Notes: a model not told the origin generated them from the letters alone. 64,000 nucleotides of DNA from an uncultured Trueperaceae bacterium (GCA_963799485.1 CAWCXJ010000006.1:480001-544000), one strand, 5' to 3'. Positions 41,858 to 56,324 are shown, counted from the stretch's first letter. Translations and numbers: made by a program.

Positions 41858-43405
41858 GTGAAACACGCCCCGGTCAAAGTTTTTCCGGCAACACGCCGCT
41901 GGCTCGACCTGTCGGACTTGGGCTTCGTTTACGGCGTCCTCTGCGCGTTCTCACTGGTGCTGATTAACCCCTGGGGGCGGCCACGGGGTGAAGTCTGGAC
42001 CGACCCGAAGGTCTACGCCGTCATTGCGCTGGCACTTCTAACCTGGAGCGTGCTGCTCGTTCAGCTGGTGCGTTTCGTTTTGCAACGCTTTGGTCGTGGG
42101 CGTCTGTCTCGGTTTTACCCCCCGCCCGCGTGGGGTTGGGCGGCATTTTTGTGGGCGCTATATTTGGGTTTCGGTCTCCTCAGCGTCTACTTCAGTCCCG
42201 TCCGCGCCGACAACGCGCTAATGCCGAATAACGAGATGGGCGACGGCTGGGTCTACTGGGCTTACGTCGCCGCGTTTGTCCTCGGCAACGCGCTCGTCCT
42301 CAAGCGTTTTCCGGGGCTCTTTAAGGCGCAGCTTTACGGTTTTTTGGTCGCCGGACTCCTGACGAGCCTCGCCGTCGTTGCCCAAACTATCGACTGGCGG
42401 CTCGATTTTACTAAAACGATGGGCAAGGTCGCCTCGGAAAACTTCGGGGGTGTGCTCTACAGCAACATTTACGGCGGTCAAATGCCGATTGGTTTCACCT
42501 CGCACCGGGGACACGCGGCTTTTATCGTCGCGGCGCTAGCCGTGCTCGTCCTCGTCTGTCTGGCAAGGGGCTGGCTTGCCAAACGCTACGGCTGGCCGCT
42601 CTACCTGCTGATGCTGGGGAGCGTTTACCTGACCGCGACGCGGGGGGCGCAGGCAGCGTTTATCGGCGGTATGGTCTATCTGCTCGTCCGCTTCTGGCGC
42701 TCCCCGAAAGCTAGGCGCGTTGTTTTGCTGGCGCTTGTACCGCTCATCGTCGGTGGGGCCGGGTTGCTCGGTGCGGTGCTTCTAGGTGCGCCCAACGCTA
42801 CCCGGTCTTTGCCGCCGCTGGCGATGCTGAGCAGCAATCCCGGCGCGTTTACCTCGTTTCGGCTGGACTACTGGCGTATTGCCGTAGACGGGATTCGTGA
42901 ACGGCCTCTGCTGGGTTGGGGTTATAACGGCTTTGGTCTGGCGTTTCCCTACGTCAACGATTTTGAACGGAAGTTCAAGCGCAACCTCGCGCTGCGTGAC
43001 GGCAAAGCCGTTGAAATCGAGACGCTCCGGGGTACCGACCACTACTACTTTCGCTATATCGGTACGGACGGGCTTTTGTACCTCGGACGGGTACTGTCCA
43101 ACAAAGCGCACAACCTCGTTTTGGATGTCTGGGTCTCGTTGGGTCTGGGTGGCCTCATTACCTACCTGCTCCTCTTCGGCGTCTTTCTATGGGTGACGGC
43201 GCGGGGTGAGGGGTGGGGTCTCGAGGCCGTGGCAGTCGTTTATCTGGTCTACACGCTGACCTGGTTCGAGTCGGCACAGTTTAGCCACCTGACGTGGTGG
43301 GCGCTGTCGGCGGGCTTGGCGATGCAGCGGCTACCGCAGACCGTGGTTGCGCGTGCGCCGTTTACGCGCCGCTTTGGTACGCCAAACCAACCCAGCCGGA
43401 GCTAG
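41858..43405 (+). CDS. O-antigen ligase/Wzy_C family membrane protein
   Basis: Multi-TM; TATRGA, R.DYWRIA..GIRERPLLGWG, KAHN. Confidence 0.85.
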   Translation: MKHAPVKVFPATRRWLDLSDLGFVYGVLCAFSLVLINPWGRPRGEVWTDPKVYAVIALALLTWSVLLVQLVRFVLQRFGRGRLSRFYPPPAWGWAAFLWALYLGFGLLSVYFSPVRADNALMPNNEMGDGWVYWAYVAAFVLGNALVLKRFPGLFKAQLYGFLVAGLLTSLAVVAQTIDWRLDFTKTMGKVASENFGGVLYSNIYGGQMPIGFTSHRGHAAFIVAALAVLVLVCLARGWLAKRYGWPLYLLMLGSVYLTATRGAQAAFIGGMVYLLVRFWRSPKARRVVLLALVPLIVGGAGLLGAVLLGAPNATRSLPPLAMLSSNPGAFTSFRLDYWRIAVDGIRERPLLGWGYNGFGLAFPYVNDFERKFKRNLALRDGKAVEIETLRGTDHYYFRYIGTDGLLYLGRVLSNKAHNLVLDVWVSLGLGGLITYLLLFGVFLWVTARGEGWGLEAVAVVYLVYTLTWFESAQFSHLTWWALSAGLAMQRLPQTVVARAPFTRRFGTPNQPSRS

Positions 43406-43406
43406 G

Positions 43407-44171
43407 GTGGAGCTGCGCGAACTTACCAGCATTGCCGAACTCCGGGCGTGCGAGAGGGTGCAGTGCAGTGTTTGGGATGAAGCGGTCCCGGAGGTCACCG
43501 CCGCGTCGTTTCGGGCCGCACAACATGCCGGGGCGCTCGTTGCCGGAGCATTTGAAGGGGAGGCGTTACTCGGCTTCGTCTACGGGTTTCCGTCGTATGT
43601 GGCTGGGCGCGTCGGTCAACACTCGCACCTCTTGGCGGTATTGCCGGAAGGGAGGGGCCGAGGCGTCGGGCAGGCGCTCAAGTGGTTTCAGCGCGACTGG
43701 TGTTTGGTCAGGGGCGTAACCCACGTCACCTGGACGTTCGACCCGTTGCAGGCAAAAAACGCAAACCTCAATCTCGAGCATCTCGGCGCGTTCGTCCAAT
43801 CCTACAAGGTAGATTTTTACGGCACGCTGGGAGGCAGCTTGAACGGTGACTTGCCGACCGACCGGCTCGTCGCCGAGTGGCCTCTGGAAGCGGAGCATAT
43901 TCGGGATTTGGCGGCAGGGGGGAAGAGGCCGACCGCAGAAAAGCCGTCTTGTGCGGGTTTGGTCTGTGGTGAAGACGGGGAACCGGAAGTTTTACCGGCA
44001 GGGGAAGAGCAGCGGGTGTGGCTCGAGCTACCCCCCCAAATCTCCCCCGCAACCGATTTCGATCACGCCCTGCGCTGGCGCTTGGCGCTCCGCAAAACGG
44101 CGTTGCCCCTGATTGAAAACGGCTACCGCGCAACCCGCTTTGTTGCGGGTGGATACGTTTTGGAAAACTAA
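43407..44171 (+). CDS. GNAT-family acetyltransferase
   Basis: HSHLLAVLPEGRGRGVGQALK..QR, WTFDPLQAKNA.LNL, PTDRLVAEW. Confidence 0.85.
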   Translation: MELRELTSIAELRACERVQCSVWDEAVPEVTAASFRAAQHAGALVAGAFEGEALLGFVYGFPSYVAGRVGQHSHLLAVLPEGRGRGVGQALKWFQRDWCLVRGVTHVTWTFDPLQAKNANLNLEHLGAFVQSYKVDFYGTLGGSLNGDLPTDRLVAEWPLEAEHIRDLAAGGKRPTAEKPSCAGLVCGEDGEPEVLPAGEEQRVWLELPPQISPATDFDHALRWRLALRKTALPLIENGYRATRFVAGGYVLEN

Positions 44172-44222
44172 AAAACCGAAAAACCCGGCTTCGAACCGGG
44201 TTTACGAGGCGTTTAGTTTGTT

Positions 44223-44477
44223 TTAGTAGCGTTCGCGTTGCGAACGCTGGGGGCGCGCCGAAGCGGGTGCGGCGTTCGTGACTTCGACGTTTTTGGCCTG
44301 CAAACCCTTCTGACCCTGTTCGACCTCGAACTCGACTTCATCGCCTTCGTTGAGGCTACGAAAACCACTCGCGCTGATCGCGGAAAAGTGACAAAATACG
44401 TCGGCCCCGCCGCCGTCTTGCTCGATAAACCCGAATCCTTTTTCGTTGCTGAACCACTTGACTCTACCTGTTGCCAT
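44223..44477 (-). CDS. cspA: Cold-shock protein
   Basis: [22 protein letters not shown]; terminator hairpin at 44179-44203. Confidence 0.93.
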   Translation of the reverse strand: MATGRVKWFSNEKGFGFIEQDGGGADVFCHFSAISASGFRSLNEGDEVEFEVEQGQKGLQAKNVEVTNAAPASARPQRSQRERY

Positions 44478-44711
44478 TGTCTAACCCTTAGCCGCACGCC
44501 TGGAAACGTGCCGTGTAATTATGAGCGTTTCCGCTCACGCCCTTGCAGCTGTCGAGCCACTTAAGCAGCTTGAAGTATAGCGCGGGAGACCCTAAAAAGC
44601 AATTTGTTTTTTTATCCAAGTACACACCGCGAGTACACCGGGCAGCTGCGCCGAAAAACGTGCTGCGACAGCCGCTACTGCGCGCTGCACATGTGCGTGG
44701 TAAAACAAACC

Positions 44712-45863
44712 GTGACCGACCTTACCCAAACCGCGACGCGCATCTATCTCTCACCCCCGCACTTAAGCGGCGCTGAACGCACTTTTGTCACCGAAGCCTT
44801 CGACAGCAACTGGGTGGCACCTTTGGGCCCCAATGTAGACGGGTTCGAGCGCGATTTGGAGCGCTACACAGGCGCGGCGCACGCGGCGGCGCTCTCGTCG
44901 GGCACCGCGGCTTTGCACCTGGCTCTGATTCTGCTCGGCGTTGAAGCTGGAGATGAGGTTGTTTGCTCGAGCTTTACCTTTTCCGCATCGGCCAATCCAA
45001 TTGTTTACCAGGGCGCAGTGCCTGTTTTTGTAGGCAGTGAAGCCGACACCTGGAACATCGACCCGGCGGCGCTCGCTGAAGCGTTGGAAGACCGCCAGCG
45101 TCAGGGTAAACCGCCTAAAGCCGTGATTGTTGTTCACCTTTACGGGATGCCCGCAAAAATGACTGAAATTGTGGACATCTGCGCGCGTTACGGCGTCCCG
45201 CTGATTGAAGACGCCGCCGAGGCGCTCGGTTCGGCGTATTACGGTAAGGCGCTGGGCACTTTTGGCGCGTTCGGCGTCTTGTCGTTTAACGGCAATAAAA
45301 TCATCACCACGTCGGGCGGCGGCGCGCTTATTTCCGATAACGCCGAATGGGTTGCTCGAGCTAGATTTCTGGCAACGCAGGCCAGGGACCCCGCGCCGCA
45401 CTATCAGCACTCGCACATCGGTTACAACTACCGCCTGAGCAACATTTCAGCCGGTATCGGGCGCGGTCAGATGCAGGTTTTGGACGACCGGGTAGCCGCG
45501 AGACGCGCCAACACCGACCGTTACGCTGCGTTTTTCGCCGACTATGACGGCGTGACGATGCAAGACGAACCCGAAGGCATGTTCAGCAACCGCTGGCTCA
45601 CAACCATTTTGGTAGACCCGGCCAAGACCGGCGGCGTCACCCGCGAAGACCTGCGGCTGGCTTTAGACGCCGACAACATCGAGGCCCGGCCCCTCTGGAA
45701 ACCGCTGCACCTGCAGCCTGTGTTTGGGCACTATCCGTATTACGGCGACCGGCTTTCAGAACGGCTTTTCGAGCAGGGGCTTTGTCTACCGTCGGGGAGT
45801 AGCTTGACGGATGAGGAGTTTTGGCGGGTTACTGAGATCTTAGGGCGGGTGCTGGGGAGCTAG
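44712..45863 (+). CDS. DegT/DnrJ/EryC1/StrS PLP sugar aminotransferase (PglE/EpsN-like)
   Basis: IYLSPPH, SSGTAALHL, EDAAEALG, SFNGNKIITTSGGG, GLCLPSG. Confidence 0.93.
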   Translation: MTDLTQTATRIYLSPPHLSGAERTFVTEAFDSNWVAPLGPNVDGFERDLERYTGAAHAAALSSGTAALHLALILLGVEAGDEVVCSSFTFSASANPIVYQGAVPVFVGSEADTWNIDPAALAEALEDRQRQGKPPKAVIVVHLYGMPAKMTEIVDICARYGVPLIEDAAEALGSAYYGKALGTFGAFGVLSFNGNKIITTSGGGALISDNAEWVARARFLATQARDPAPHYQHSHIGYNYRLSNISAGIGRGQMQVLDDRVAARRANTDRYAAFFADYDGVTMQDEPEGMFSNRWLTTILVDPAKTGGVTREDLRLALDADNIEARPLWKPLHLQPVFGHYPYYGDRLSERLFEQGLCLPSGSSLTDEEFWRVTEILGRVLGS

Positions 45864-45917
45864 ACTTAACCTATTCAAAAAGTTGACAGCATATTTTTCG
45901 GCGTCTAAGCTGCGGGT

Positions 45918-46616
45918 GTGCTTGGTTCGCTGCTCGCTCTGTTAGGTTTAGCTCTACTCGATAGTATTAACCCGTCGGCGCTGGCGATGACTCTTTATCT
46001 GGTAACGACGGGCGCACGGGCGAGCCGGGTACTCACCTATATCGCGGCTGTATTTATCACCTATTTTGCCATTGGTTTGTCGCTGATGTTGGGGCTGACT
46101 GCGTTACTTGCCACGTTCCAAGGTGTTTTCGAAAGTACTGCAGCGTACATCGTGCAAGCTGTTATCGGCGGTGTCATGCTTATCTACTCTTTTTCGCCCA
46201 ACAAACGCGGACAGGAACAAGGCAAGCACGAACAAAGTACAGAGGTCGAGACGAAAGCGCCGCGTTCGCAGGGATTCGCGGCGATGTTTTTGCTCGGTGC
46301 GACGATTACCGTGGCGGAATTCCCGACAGCGTTCCCTTACCTTGGAGCTATCGGAATTTTGAACAGCCTCGAGCTACCCTTTTCGGGCTGGCTGCCGCTT
46401 CTGTTAGGCTACAACCTGATTTTCGTCGCGCCGCCCCTGCTGCTCTTTGGCGCTTACCGATTTTTGGGCAGCCGTTATAAAGGTTGGTTTGAACGCTACG
46501 AAAACCGCCTTAAGTACGAGGCTCGAGAGACGATGCTCTGGACGGTCGGGATCGTCGGATTTTTGCTTTTGGGAGACGCGCTAAGAAGGCTCGAGGTCTT
46601 TGGCTTACTGAGTTGA
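45918..46616 (+). CDS. GAP/Sap (LysE-superfamily) membrane protein
   Basis: GLALLDSINPSAL, EFPTAFPYLGAI, LLLGYNLIFVAP. Confidence 0.8.
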   Translation: MLGSLLALLGLALLDSINPSALAMTLYLVTTGARASRVLTYIAAVFITYFAIGLSLMLGLTALLATFQGVFESTAAYIVQAVIGGVMLIYSFSPNKRGQEQGKHEQSTEVETKAPRSQGFAAMFLLGATITVAEFPTAFPYLGAIGILNSLELPFSGWLPLLLGYNLIFVAPPLLLFGAYRFLGSRYKGWFERYENRLKYEARETMLWTVGIVGFLLLGDALRRLEVFGLLS

Positions 46617-46739
46617 TGCAGTAAAGCCGATTGCGTCTAATCTTTTTTACGGTTGTACAGCTACAGGCAGACATAACCCATAGACGCTTATGTATAGGCT
46701 TTACCCTGAGAACTCCTAAAGGTTCGTTATACTCCCCTA

Positions 46740-47849
46740 ATGGCAGATTACTACGAGCTTCTAGGCGTCTCGCGTGAGACCGATGCGAACGGGATTAAAA
46801 CCTCCTACCGCAAACTCGCGCTCAAGTATCACCCCGACCGCAACCCCGGCGACCATGAAGCCGAAGAAACGTTCAAGCAACTTAACGAAGCCTACGCGGT
46901 GCTCTCCGACCCGGAGAAGCGCTCGCGCTACGACCGTTTCGGCTCTGCCGACCCGCAAGCACAGTTTTCCGGCGACATCTTCGACATCTTTTCGTCGGTG
47001 TTCGGCGGTGGTTTCGGCGCGGCTGGAGGCCGCGTACAGCGGGGACAACCGGGGGAAGACCTCGAGGCCAATCTTACCGTAACGCTCGAGGAGTCCCGTG
47101 AAGGTGCCGGGGTGCCTTTAGACCTCACACGTTTGGGCCTTTGCGACCGCTGCGACGGCTCACGCGCCGAACCGGGCAGCGAAGGGCGTAAAACCTGCCC
47201 GACGTGCCGGGGTGCCGGACAGGTACGGGCGCAAGCGCAGTCGTTTTTCGGGACGGTCGTCACCAATCAGCTGTGTCCGCAGTGCCGGGGCTTGGGTGAA
47301 ATCGTCACCACACCGTGCGGCAAGTGTATGGGCGCGGGCCGGATGAAGGTCGAAGACACCGTAACCGTCAAGCTGCCGCGCGGTATCGACGCGGGCTACC
47401 GGCTCCGGATTCCGCGTGCAGGCAACGTCGGCCTCGACGGAGCCCCGGCGGGCGACCTGTACGTGTACATCGACTTGGAGCCCCACGAACACCTCACCCG
47501 CGACGGTGACGACCTCCGCTACACCCTCCCGGTCGGCGTCGCGCAAGCTGCGCTCGGGAGCGCTTTTGAGGTTCCCACGTTGGACGACCCCGAAGCGGTC
47601 AACGTGCCGCCGGGGACGCAACCGGGCACCGAGTTTCGCTTGCGCGGCAAGGGGATGCCGCGCTTGCAAAGTATCGGCTTAGGCGACCTTATCGTGACGG
47701 CGCAGGTCGAAATCCCGAAAAAACTTTCGCCCAAAGCGCGAGAACTGATTGAAGCTTACGCCGACGAAACCGGCGAGACGTTGGAGGCCCACGAAACGCT
47801 TGGGCACCGTTTGCGGGGGCTTTTCGGTAAACGCAAAGTCGAGCGGTAA
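46740..47849 (+). CDS. dnaJ: Chaperone DnaJ
   Basis: J-domain HPD, four CxxCxGxx repeats, C-terminal domain. Confidence 0.96.
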   Translation: MADYYELLGVSRETDANGIKTSYRKLALKYHPDRNPGDHEAEETFKQLNEAYAVLSDPEKRSRYDRFGSADPQAQFSGDIFDIFSSVFGGGFGAAGGRVQRGQPGEDLEANLTVTLEESREGAGVPLDLTRLGLCDRCDGSRAEPGSEGRKTCPTCRGAGQVRAQAQSFFGTVVTNQLCPQCRGLGEIVTTPCGKCMGAGRMKVEDTVTVKLPRGIDAGYRLRIPRAGNVGLDGAPAGDLYVYIDLEPHEHLTRDGDDLRYTLPVGVAQAALGSAFEVPTLDDPEAVNVPPGTQPGTEFRLRGKGMPRLQSIGLGDLIVTAQVEIPKKLSPKARELIEAYADETGETLEAHETLGHRLRGLFGKRKVER

Positions 47850-47886
47850 ACGCGCGCACTACGGGCACAGGCCCGAAGCGCCATAG

Positions 47887-48399
47887 CTAGGGACAATTGG
47901 CGATAACTGGGATGTCTGCGGATGTGCGCGACTGGGTGCCACCGCTTGTTCCCTCGAGGGTTAGGTGGAGGTTTGCCGCACCGATGATTACAGGTTGGGG
48001 AACCGGAACGACAGCGATAACCTGGGGCGACAGGTTTTTTTCAGCTGTTTTGTAAGGTGCGAAGTAGGCGTCCATCACGTAGCTAACTTTGAATCCCGAA
48101 TCTTGGTAAGGGCTGACCCCTTGACTTCTAGGATCGAACGTCTGCATTCCCTTGATTTGTCCCAGCGTTCGACCTTGTAGGTACGACGTCCAGCGCTCTA
48201 TTCCCCCTTCATAACTAAACTTATATGTAAGCGTCGTCGGGCGGTTGTCACAGATGTACGACCTACCTGTATTCGACCCTCGGTAATTGGTGGTGTAGTC
48301 AAACTCGGTAATTCTCAGGTTGGGCGTCACCGGTCCGGGTTGAAAGACAATATTACAACCTGCCAGCAGGCCGACAAAGACGAGCAAAAAACGCTTCAT
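47887..48399 (-). CDS. Hypothetical lipoprotein
   Basis: MKRFLLVFVGLLAGC lipobox. Confidence 0.75.
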   Translation of the reverse strand: MKRFLLVFVGLLAGCNIVFQPGPVTPNLRITEFDYTTNYRGSNTGRSYICDNRPTTLTYKFSYEGGIERWTSYLQGRTLGQIKGMQTFDPRSQGVSPYQDSGFKVSYVMDAYFAPYKTAEKNLSPQVIAVVPVPQPVIIGAANLHLTLEGTSGGTQSRTSADIPVIANCP

Positions 48400-48489
48400 A
48401 GCGTACCTCTTCCGGCGTGGTTTACACGCCTGGTGATGCTCTACTCTAAAGGGCCAGCCTGAGCTTCATTATGACGCTAAGATGAAGTT

Positions 48490-49515
48490 TTACTTAGACT
48501 GGTTTTCTTCGTCAGGGCCTGAGGGGCCCAGTTCACCCAGAATAGTTTCTTTACCCTCAACGACAACAGCTTGACTTTTAAGTCGTTTGGGGAGCAACCG
48601 TTCGGCGACCCCCCGCCCCCGCGTCAGCGCGCCCGCGTAAAGTTCTTTCACCTCCGCTGCTGAAACCGTCTTGCCCTCGGTCGCCCAGACCGACGCCGCC
48701 GTTCCGATCACCTGGGTTCCGGCGTAGGCGACCGCGACTTTCGGCACGAGTCCCCAGACCGGAATCAGCCCGACGAGCCCCCGCGCCACCTGCCGAAAGA
48801 GCAGCCCGCCGCCCAGCACCCCGACGATTTCGACCATCAGCTCTTGCGGGCGACCTGTTCGGCCCGCCGCGAGCGCGACCTTGTAGGCCATTATCAGCTG
48901 GTTTTTACCCAGCACAACGGTATCGGCGACGTTGAGCGGAAGGTTGAGTACCGGGACGATTTCGGCGACGCCCGTACTCGCGGCGTAAAGGGCGTTCGCT
49001 CTGGCAGCTTCCTCGATAAGTCCGCGAATAACCGCCGGGCGAAAAACCGGGAGCTGTTTAGCGACGGCGAGGCGCAGTTTAGGCGAGAGGACGCGCAGGA
49101 TTTCCGGCACGAGCGTGCGGGCGACGGTTTCAGGCGTCAGCGCGTCCAAAACGACTCTGCCGACTTCACCGGGGTGAGGCAACTCGGCTCCAACTTGCGG
49201 CGTGGTGCCTTGCTCTATCAGGCACACGCTCAGCGTCGGGTTACGAGACGCGTTTTGCGGCGCTGCGAAGCCGCGTTGCACGTTGAGTCGCAGGTCTGCC
49301 GTTGCCGCAGCCGGTGACGCGACCACGTAGGGATGGACGCCGCTCCGCCCCACCGTCGCGCTGAGCAGTTCGGCGAGTTTGGCGGCAAGTTCGGCGTCGC
49401 CGGTTGGTAAAAGCGTAAAACGGCGGTCGGCCTCGTTTTTGATGGCCCCCAGATCGACCTCACGCACGAGCGAGAGCAGCCGGGTGGCGTAGAGGGGGCG
49501 GGAAAGCATCTTCAC
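48490..49515 (-). CDS. YcjF/DUF697-like protein
   Basis: ANA.YA..TG..EIVP......DTVVL.KNQLIMAY; IPVWGLVPKVAVAYAGT. Confidence 0.7.
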   Translation of the reverse strand: MKMLSRPLYATRLLSLVREVDLGAIKNEADRRFTLLPTGDAELAAKLAELLSATVGRSGVHPYVVASPAAATADLRLNVQRGFAAPQNASRNPTLSVCLIEQGTTPQVGAELPHPGEVGRVVLDALTPETVARTLVPEILRVLSPKLRLAVAKQLPVFRPAVIRGLIEEAARANALYAASTGVAEIVPVLNLPLNVADTVVLGKNQLIMAYKVALAAGRTGRPQELMVEIVGVLGGGLLFRQVARGLVGLIPVWGLVPKVAVAYAGTQVIGTAASVWATEGKTVSAAEVKELYAGALTRGRGVAERLLPKRLKSQAVVVEGKETILGELGPSGPDEENQSK

Positions 49516-49583
49516 AAACAGCCTCGAGTCATCCCTAGATTGTAAACGACTACGGACTATAAACGTCGGAGCTAGGAACCGAA

Positions 49584-49922
49584 CTAGAAATCGAAGTCGT
49601 CACGCCGGTTGCCGGGCCGGTTGAAGTTGTCGAACTCGTCTAGTGAACCGGGCTCGAGGTCTTGCTCGGGTGGGGAGACGGCGCGCACGGTCGGTCGGGG
49701 GGGCGACGGTTGCGGTGTGCGTGTTCTCGGCGGTTCGGGTTTGAGCGTAGCCTCGAGCCCGTCTCGTCTGGTGTTAAGGCGCGGTTTTGCCTCGTCATCC
49801 GGTTCATCTGCGCTGCGCCGTGGTCTAAAGGCGAACCAGAGCAGCAGCACGAGCAAAACGAGCCACAAAAAAGCCAGCAGCAACAAAAAGACGAGCGGGG
49901 AGAGCGAGAGGCTAAAATTCAT
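49584..49922 (-). CDS. Hypothetical membrane-anchored protein
   Basis: Leu-rich TM then Pro-rich tail ending DDFDF. Confidence 0.65.
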   Translation of the reverse strand: MNFSLSLSPLVFLLLLAFLWLVLLVLLLWFAFRPRRSADEPDDEAKPRLNTRRDGLEATLKPEPPRTRTPQPSPPRPTVRAVSPPEQDLEPGSLDEFDNFNRPGNRRDDFDF

Positions 49923-49959
49923 AAACTAGCTGTATCTTACACAACATACGTGCTATGTG

Positions 49960-50940
49960 TCACCCGGTCAGCTCACCGTTTAAGAGCGACGCGAGCCACG
50001 TCGGTTCGACGTTGCCCCCGCTGACGAGCAGCACGGTCGGGCCGGGGTTAAGCGTGACACCCTGATAAGTGCCGCGCTCGAGCCGCCTATAGGCCGCGAG
50101 CGTGAGTGCGCCGGTCGGTTCGGCGACGAGTTTGGCTTCGGTCAGATACCAGCGGGTCGCCTCGATAATCTCTGCTTCACCGACTGTCACGATGCCCGCA
50201 ATCCGCTGCCGAATCAGCGAAAAGGGCAACGCGCCCAGGTTTTGCGTCCTTACCCCGTCGGCTACCGTGCGCGTGGTCAGGGCCGCGTCCCACTGTTCTA
50301 CGCGGCCCCCGGCAAGTGAAGCTTTGGCGTCCGCCGCGAGTTCGGGTTCGACGCCGATAATCCGGGCGTCGGGGCAAAGCGCGCGGAGCGCCGTGGTGAT
50401 CCCCGACAAGAGTCCGCCGCCGCCGACGCACACCAAGACGTTGGCGACCTCCGGCAAGTCGTGGGCGATCTCGAGCCCGGTCGTGCCCTGTCCCGCGACG
50501 ATCCACGGGTGATCGAAAGGCGGTACACGCGTGTAGCCGTGCGACTCGACCAACGCCTGACAGACGCGTTCACGCTCAATACTCGAGTTTTCGCACCTGA
50601 CGACCTCTGCGCCCCACGCGCGCGTCCGGGTCACTTTGACGGGCGGCGCATTTTTGGGAATGACAATTGTTGCCGGGACGCCGAAAAGGTGCGCGGCGCA
50701 GGCGACGCCCTGCGCGTGGTTACCGCTCGAGTCGGCCACCACACCCTTCGCCCGAACCTCATCGGACAAACTCGCCAGAAAGTTATACGCGCCGCGCAGC
50801 TTGAACGAACCGGTCAGTTGCAGGTTTTCGGCCTTGGCGTAAAGACCTGGTGCTAGCACGAGCAGCGGCGTGCGGCGGGCCGTTCCCCGAATCCGCGCCG
50901 CCGCCGCTTCGATATCACTAAGAGAAACCGTCTGCTGCAT
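49960..50940 (-). CDS. Threonine/serine dehydratase or serine racemase (PLP fold II)
   Basis: KAENLQLTGSFKLRGA, SSGNHAQG, GGGGL, SGGN. Confidence 0.9.
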   Translation of the reverse strand: MQQTVSLSDIEAAAARIRGTARRTPLLVLAPGLYAKAENLQLTGSFKLRGAYNFLASLSDEVRAKGVVADSSGNHAQGVACAAHLFGVPATIVIPKNAPPVKVTRTRAWGAEVVRCENSSIERERVCQALVESHGYTRVPPFDHPWIVAGQGTTGLEIAHDLPEVANVLVCVGGGGLLSGITTALRALCPDARIIGVEPELAADAKASLAGGRVEQWDAALTTRTVADGVRTQNLGALPFSLIRQRIAGIVTVGEAEIIEATRWYLTEAKLVAEPTGALTLAAYRRLERGTYQGVTLNPGPTVLLVSGGNVEPTWLASLLNGELTG

Positions 50941-50974
50941 AGCGCTGAGTTTACGCGAATACCGGTGTGTGAAG

Positions 50975-51610
50975 CTAGTTTGGCTTACGCGGCACGGGTA
51001 GCTCGAGGCCCAGATAACGGCTTCCGGTTCTAAGTAACAGCGTCACGAAAATACCGGCAACGAGCGCCAAGTTTGCGTCGGCGGCGTAGAGGAGAAATAC
51101 GACAAAGGCACCGCACGCCGCCGCCGACGCGTAAAGGTCGCCGCTACGGTACAAGATGCCCGGAACCTGCCCGGTCAAGAGGTCGCGCAGGACGCCGCCG
51201 CCGACGCCGGAAACGGCCCCGATAAAGACCACTCCCCAGAGCCCGAGTCCGGCTCCCAAACCACGCTCCGCGCCGAGCGCCGCAAAAAGCGCCAGTCCCA
51301 GCGTATCGAGACCGTAAAGGAGCCGCCCTTCGTGCAGGTAACGGTGCAGAAAAAAAACGGCTACGGCTACGAGTGCAATCCCCCACAACAACCCCTCGTC
51401 TTGCAGCGCAGTCGGGGGCAAGATGCCTACCAAAATGTCGCGCACCCCGCCGCCGCCAACGGCAGTTACTGCCGCGAGGACGAGGACGCCGAGCAGGTCG
51501 AAGTTGCGCCGCACCGCGATGAGCGCCCCGGTTGCCGCGAAGGTCAGCGTCCCGAGCCAAACAAGCGTTTGTAAAAGCGTCACGCCGTTATCTCCCACCG
51601 AGGCTGCCAC
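50975..51610 (-). CDS. UPF0126/TRIC-family membrane protein
   Basis: Duplicated FAATGA / GGG..RD motifs; start may be GTG 51583. Confidence 0.88.
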   Translation of the reverse strand: MAASVGDNGVTLLQTLVWLGTLTFAATGALIAVRRNFDLLGVLVLAAVTAVGGGGVRDILVGILPPTALQDEGLLWGIALVAVAVFFLHRYLHEGRLLYGLDTLGLALFAALGAERGLGAGLGLWGVVFIGAVSGVGGGVLRDLLTGQVPGILYRSGDLYASAAACGAFVVFLLYAADANLALVAGIFVTLLLRTGSRYLGLELPVPRKPN

Positions 51611-52008
51611 ACGCCCGTAAGCTTAACGTGTAGCAGCAAAAACGTGTACCGGTAAAAATGTTTACCGCTCGAGTAGCCAAAGCCACGTTTGACCGAATTT
51701 CATTTCGACAAGCCTTCAAAAGCGGGTACCTAAAAGCTATACCCGAACCTTTGGGCCGAGGCAAGGTGCTAAGAGGTGCTAAGCTGCTCTTTGTAGCGTC
51801 TTTCGCAAGCTCTGCTGTGTGTCGTTTTTCGTAACGGTTACCCCGTCCCCCCAGGGTAGTCGCGCGGTACAGTTAGGGGCGGAACAGGGCTTTTCAGAGC
51901 CTGCTGGTAGCCAGCCCCTCGAGCATCCGCGCCGGCTCGAGCTAAACCTATAAACGCGCTGCAGGTACCGCGTCGTGAGCGCAAGGAAGGGTAACCAAGA
52001 AGACGTTT

Positions 52009-54873
<2,865 letters not shown>

Positions 54874-54900
54874 GATGTCCCTGCTAAGGATAGGGGAGAT

Positions 54901-56274
54901 ATGGCTGACGTAAAAGTTCCAGAGGTCGGTGAGTCGATTACCGAAGTGTTTATCGGCTCGTGGCTTAAACACGATGGGGAAAGCGTCGAAAAAGACGAGC
55001 CCTTAGTCGAGATAGAAACCGATAAGGCGACGCTCGAGGTACCCGCGCCTATTTCCGGGACGCTGCGCGGCGTTACCAAAAAGCAGGGCGACGCCGCGAC
55101 GGTCGGTGAGGTCATCGCCCAGATTGGTGAAGCGAGCGCGGCTGATACGAGTACCGCTGATACCGGAGACGCTGAACCTGAAACCGGCGAAGCTGACGCG
55201 ACTCGAGTCGAAGCCGAAGGTGAACTTGCTGAAGCCTCCAAGCGTGAAAAAAACGAAGCGCCGGAAGCAGCTTTCGACCCGGAGCCCGGTGAGGCGACCG
55301 ACGCGCAGGCGCAAAAGCTTGCAGATAACGTCGCTGAACCTGATGGTGAACCGCGTATCATGCCCGCCGCGCAGCGCCTCTTGGATGAGAGCGGCCTGTC
55401 GGCAAGAGACGTGCGCGCTACCGGCCCCGGGGGTCGGCTCCTCAAAGAAGACGTGCAGCGCGCGGTAGATGCAAAGAGCAAAGCTGTGCCGCCAAAAGAA
55501 GCTGCGCCCGACGTGTCACCCGCACCGAAGCCGCCTACTCAAAAACCGTCTGAACCGGTAGCCGGCGGCGACCGTCAGGAAGAAGCCGTGCCGATGAGCC
55601 CGCTTCGCCGCCGCATCGCCGAACGGCTCGTCGAGGCGCAAGCCAACGCAGCCCTCCTGACAACCTTTAACGAAGTCGATATGAGCGCTGTCATGGGCCT
55701 CAGAAGCGAGTTCAAGGAAGCGTTCCAAAAGCGCTACGAAGGCACGCGCCTGGGCTTTATGTCGTTTTTCGTCAAGGCTGTCATCGACGCGCTCAAACAG
55801 ATCCCGCAGCTCAACGCCGAAATCCGCGAGCAGCAGCTCGTCTACAAAAACTACTTCGATATCGGCGTGGCGGTCAGCTCGAAAAAAGGCTTGCTCGTCC
55901 CGGTCGTTCGTAATGCCGAGCGGCTTAGTTTTGCCGAACTCGAGCGCGCTATTTCAGACTTCGGTCAACGCGCGCAGAACAACAAGATCACGCCCGAAGA
56001 GCTGCAAGGCGGAACCTTCACCATCTCGAACGGCGGCGTGTTCGGCTCCTTGATGTCCACACCGATTGTCAACCCGCCGCAGTCGGGTGTACTGGGGATG
56101 CACGGCATCTTCGAGCGGCCTATCGCGCTTAACGGCGCGGTGGTGATTCGTCCGATGATGTATATCGCGCTGACCTACGACCACCGGATTGTCGACGGGC
56201 GTGAAGCGGTGACGTTCTTAAAACGCGTCAAGGACGCGGTCGAGAACCCAGCGAGGATGTTGCTCGAGGTCTAG
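54901..56274 (+). CDS. sucB: Dihydrolipoamide succinyltransferase E2
   Basis: Lipoyl [23 protein letters not shown]. Confidence 0.97.
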   Translation: MADVKVPEVGESITEVFIGSWLKHDGESVEKDEPLVEIETDKATLEVPAPISGTLRGVTKKQGDAATVGEVIAQIGEASAADTSTADTGDAEPETGEADATRVEAEGELAEASKREKNEAPEAAFDPEPGEATDAQAQKLADNVAEPDGEPRIMPAAQRLLDESGLSARDVRATGPGGRLLKEDVQRAVDAKSKAVPPKEAAPDVSPAPKPPTQKPSEPVAGGDRQEEAVPMSPLRRRIAERLVEAQANAALLTTFNEVDMSAVMGLRSEFKEAFQKRYEGTRLGFMSFFVKAVIDALKQIPQLNAEIREQQLVYKNYFDIGVAVSSKKGLLVPVVRNAERLSFAELERAISDFGQRAQNNKITPEELQGGTFTISNGGVFGSLMSTPIVNPPQSGVLGMHGIFERPIALNGAVVIRPMMYIALTYDHRIVDGREAVTFLKRVKDAVENPARMLLEV

Positions 56275-56324
56275 GCTCAACTCGGTCAGTTCGCCGAGAG
56301 GTCCGCGCTGTGTGGGCCTTTTTT

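Noticed and set aside
51762..51786. GGTGCTAAG direct repeat upstream of sucA as an operator
   Set aside because: More simply explained as extended -10 (TGnTAnnnT) promoter sequence, also seen at about 1909, 20765 and 41741.
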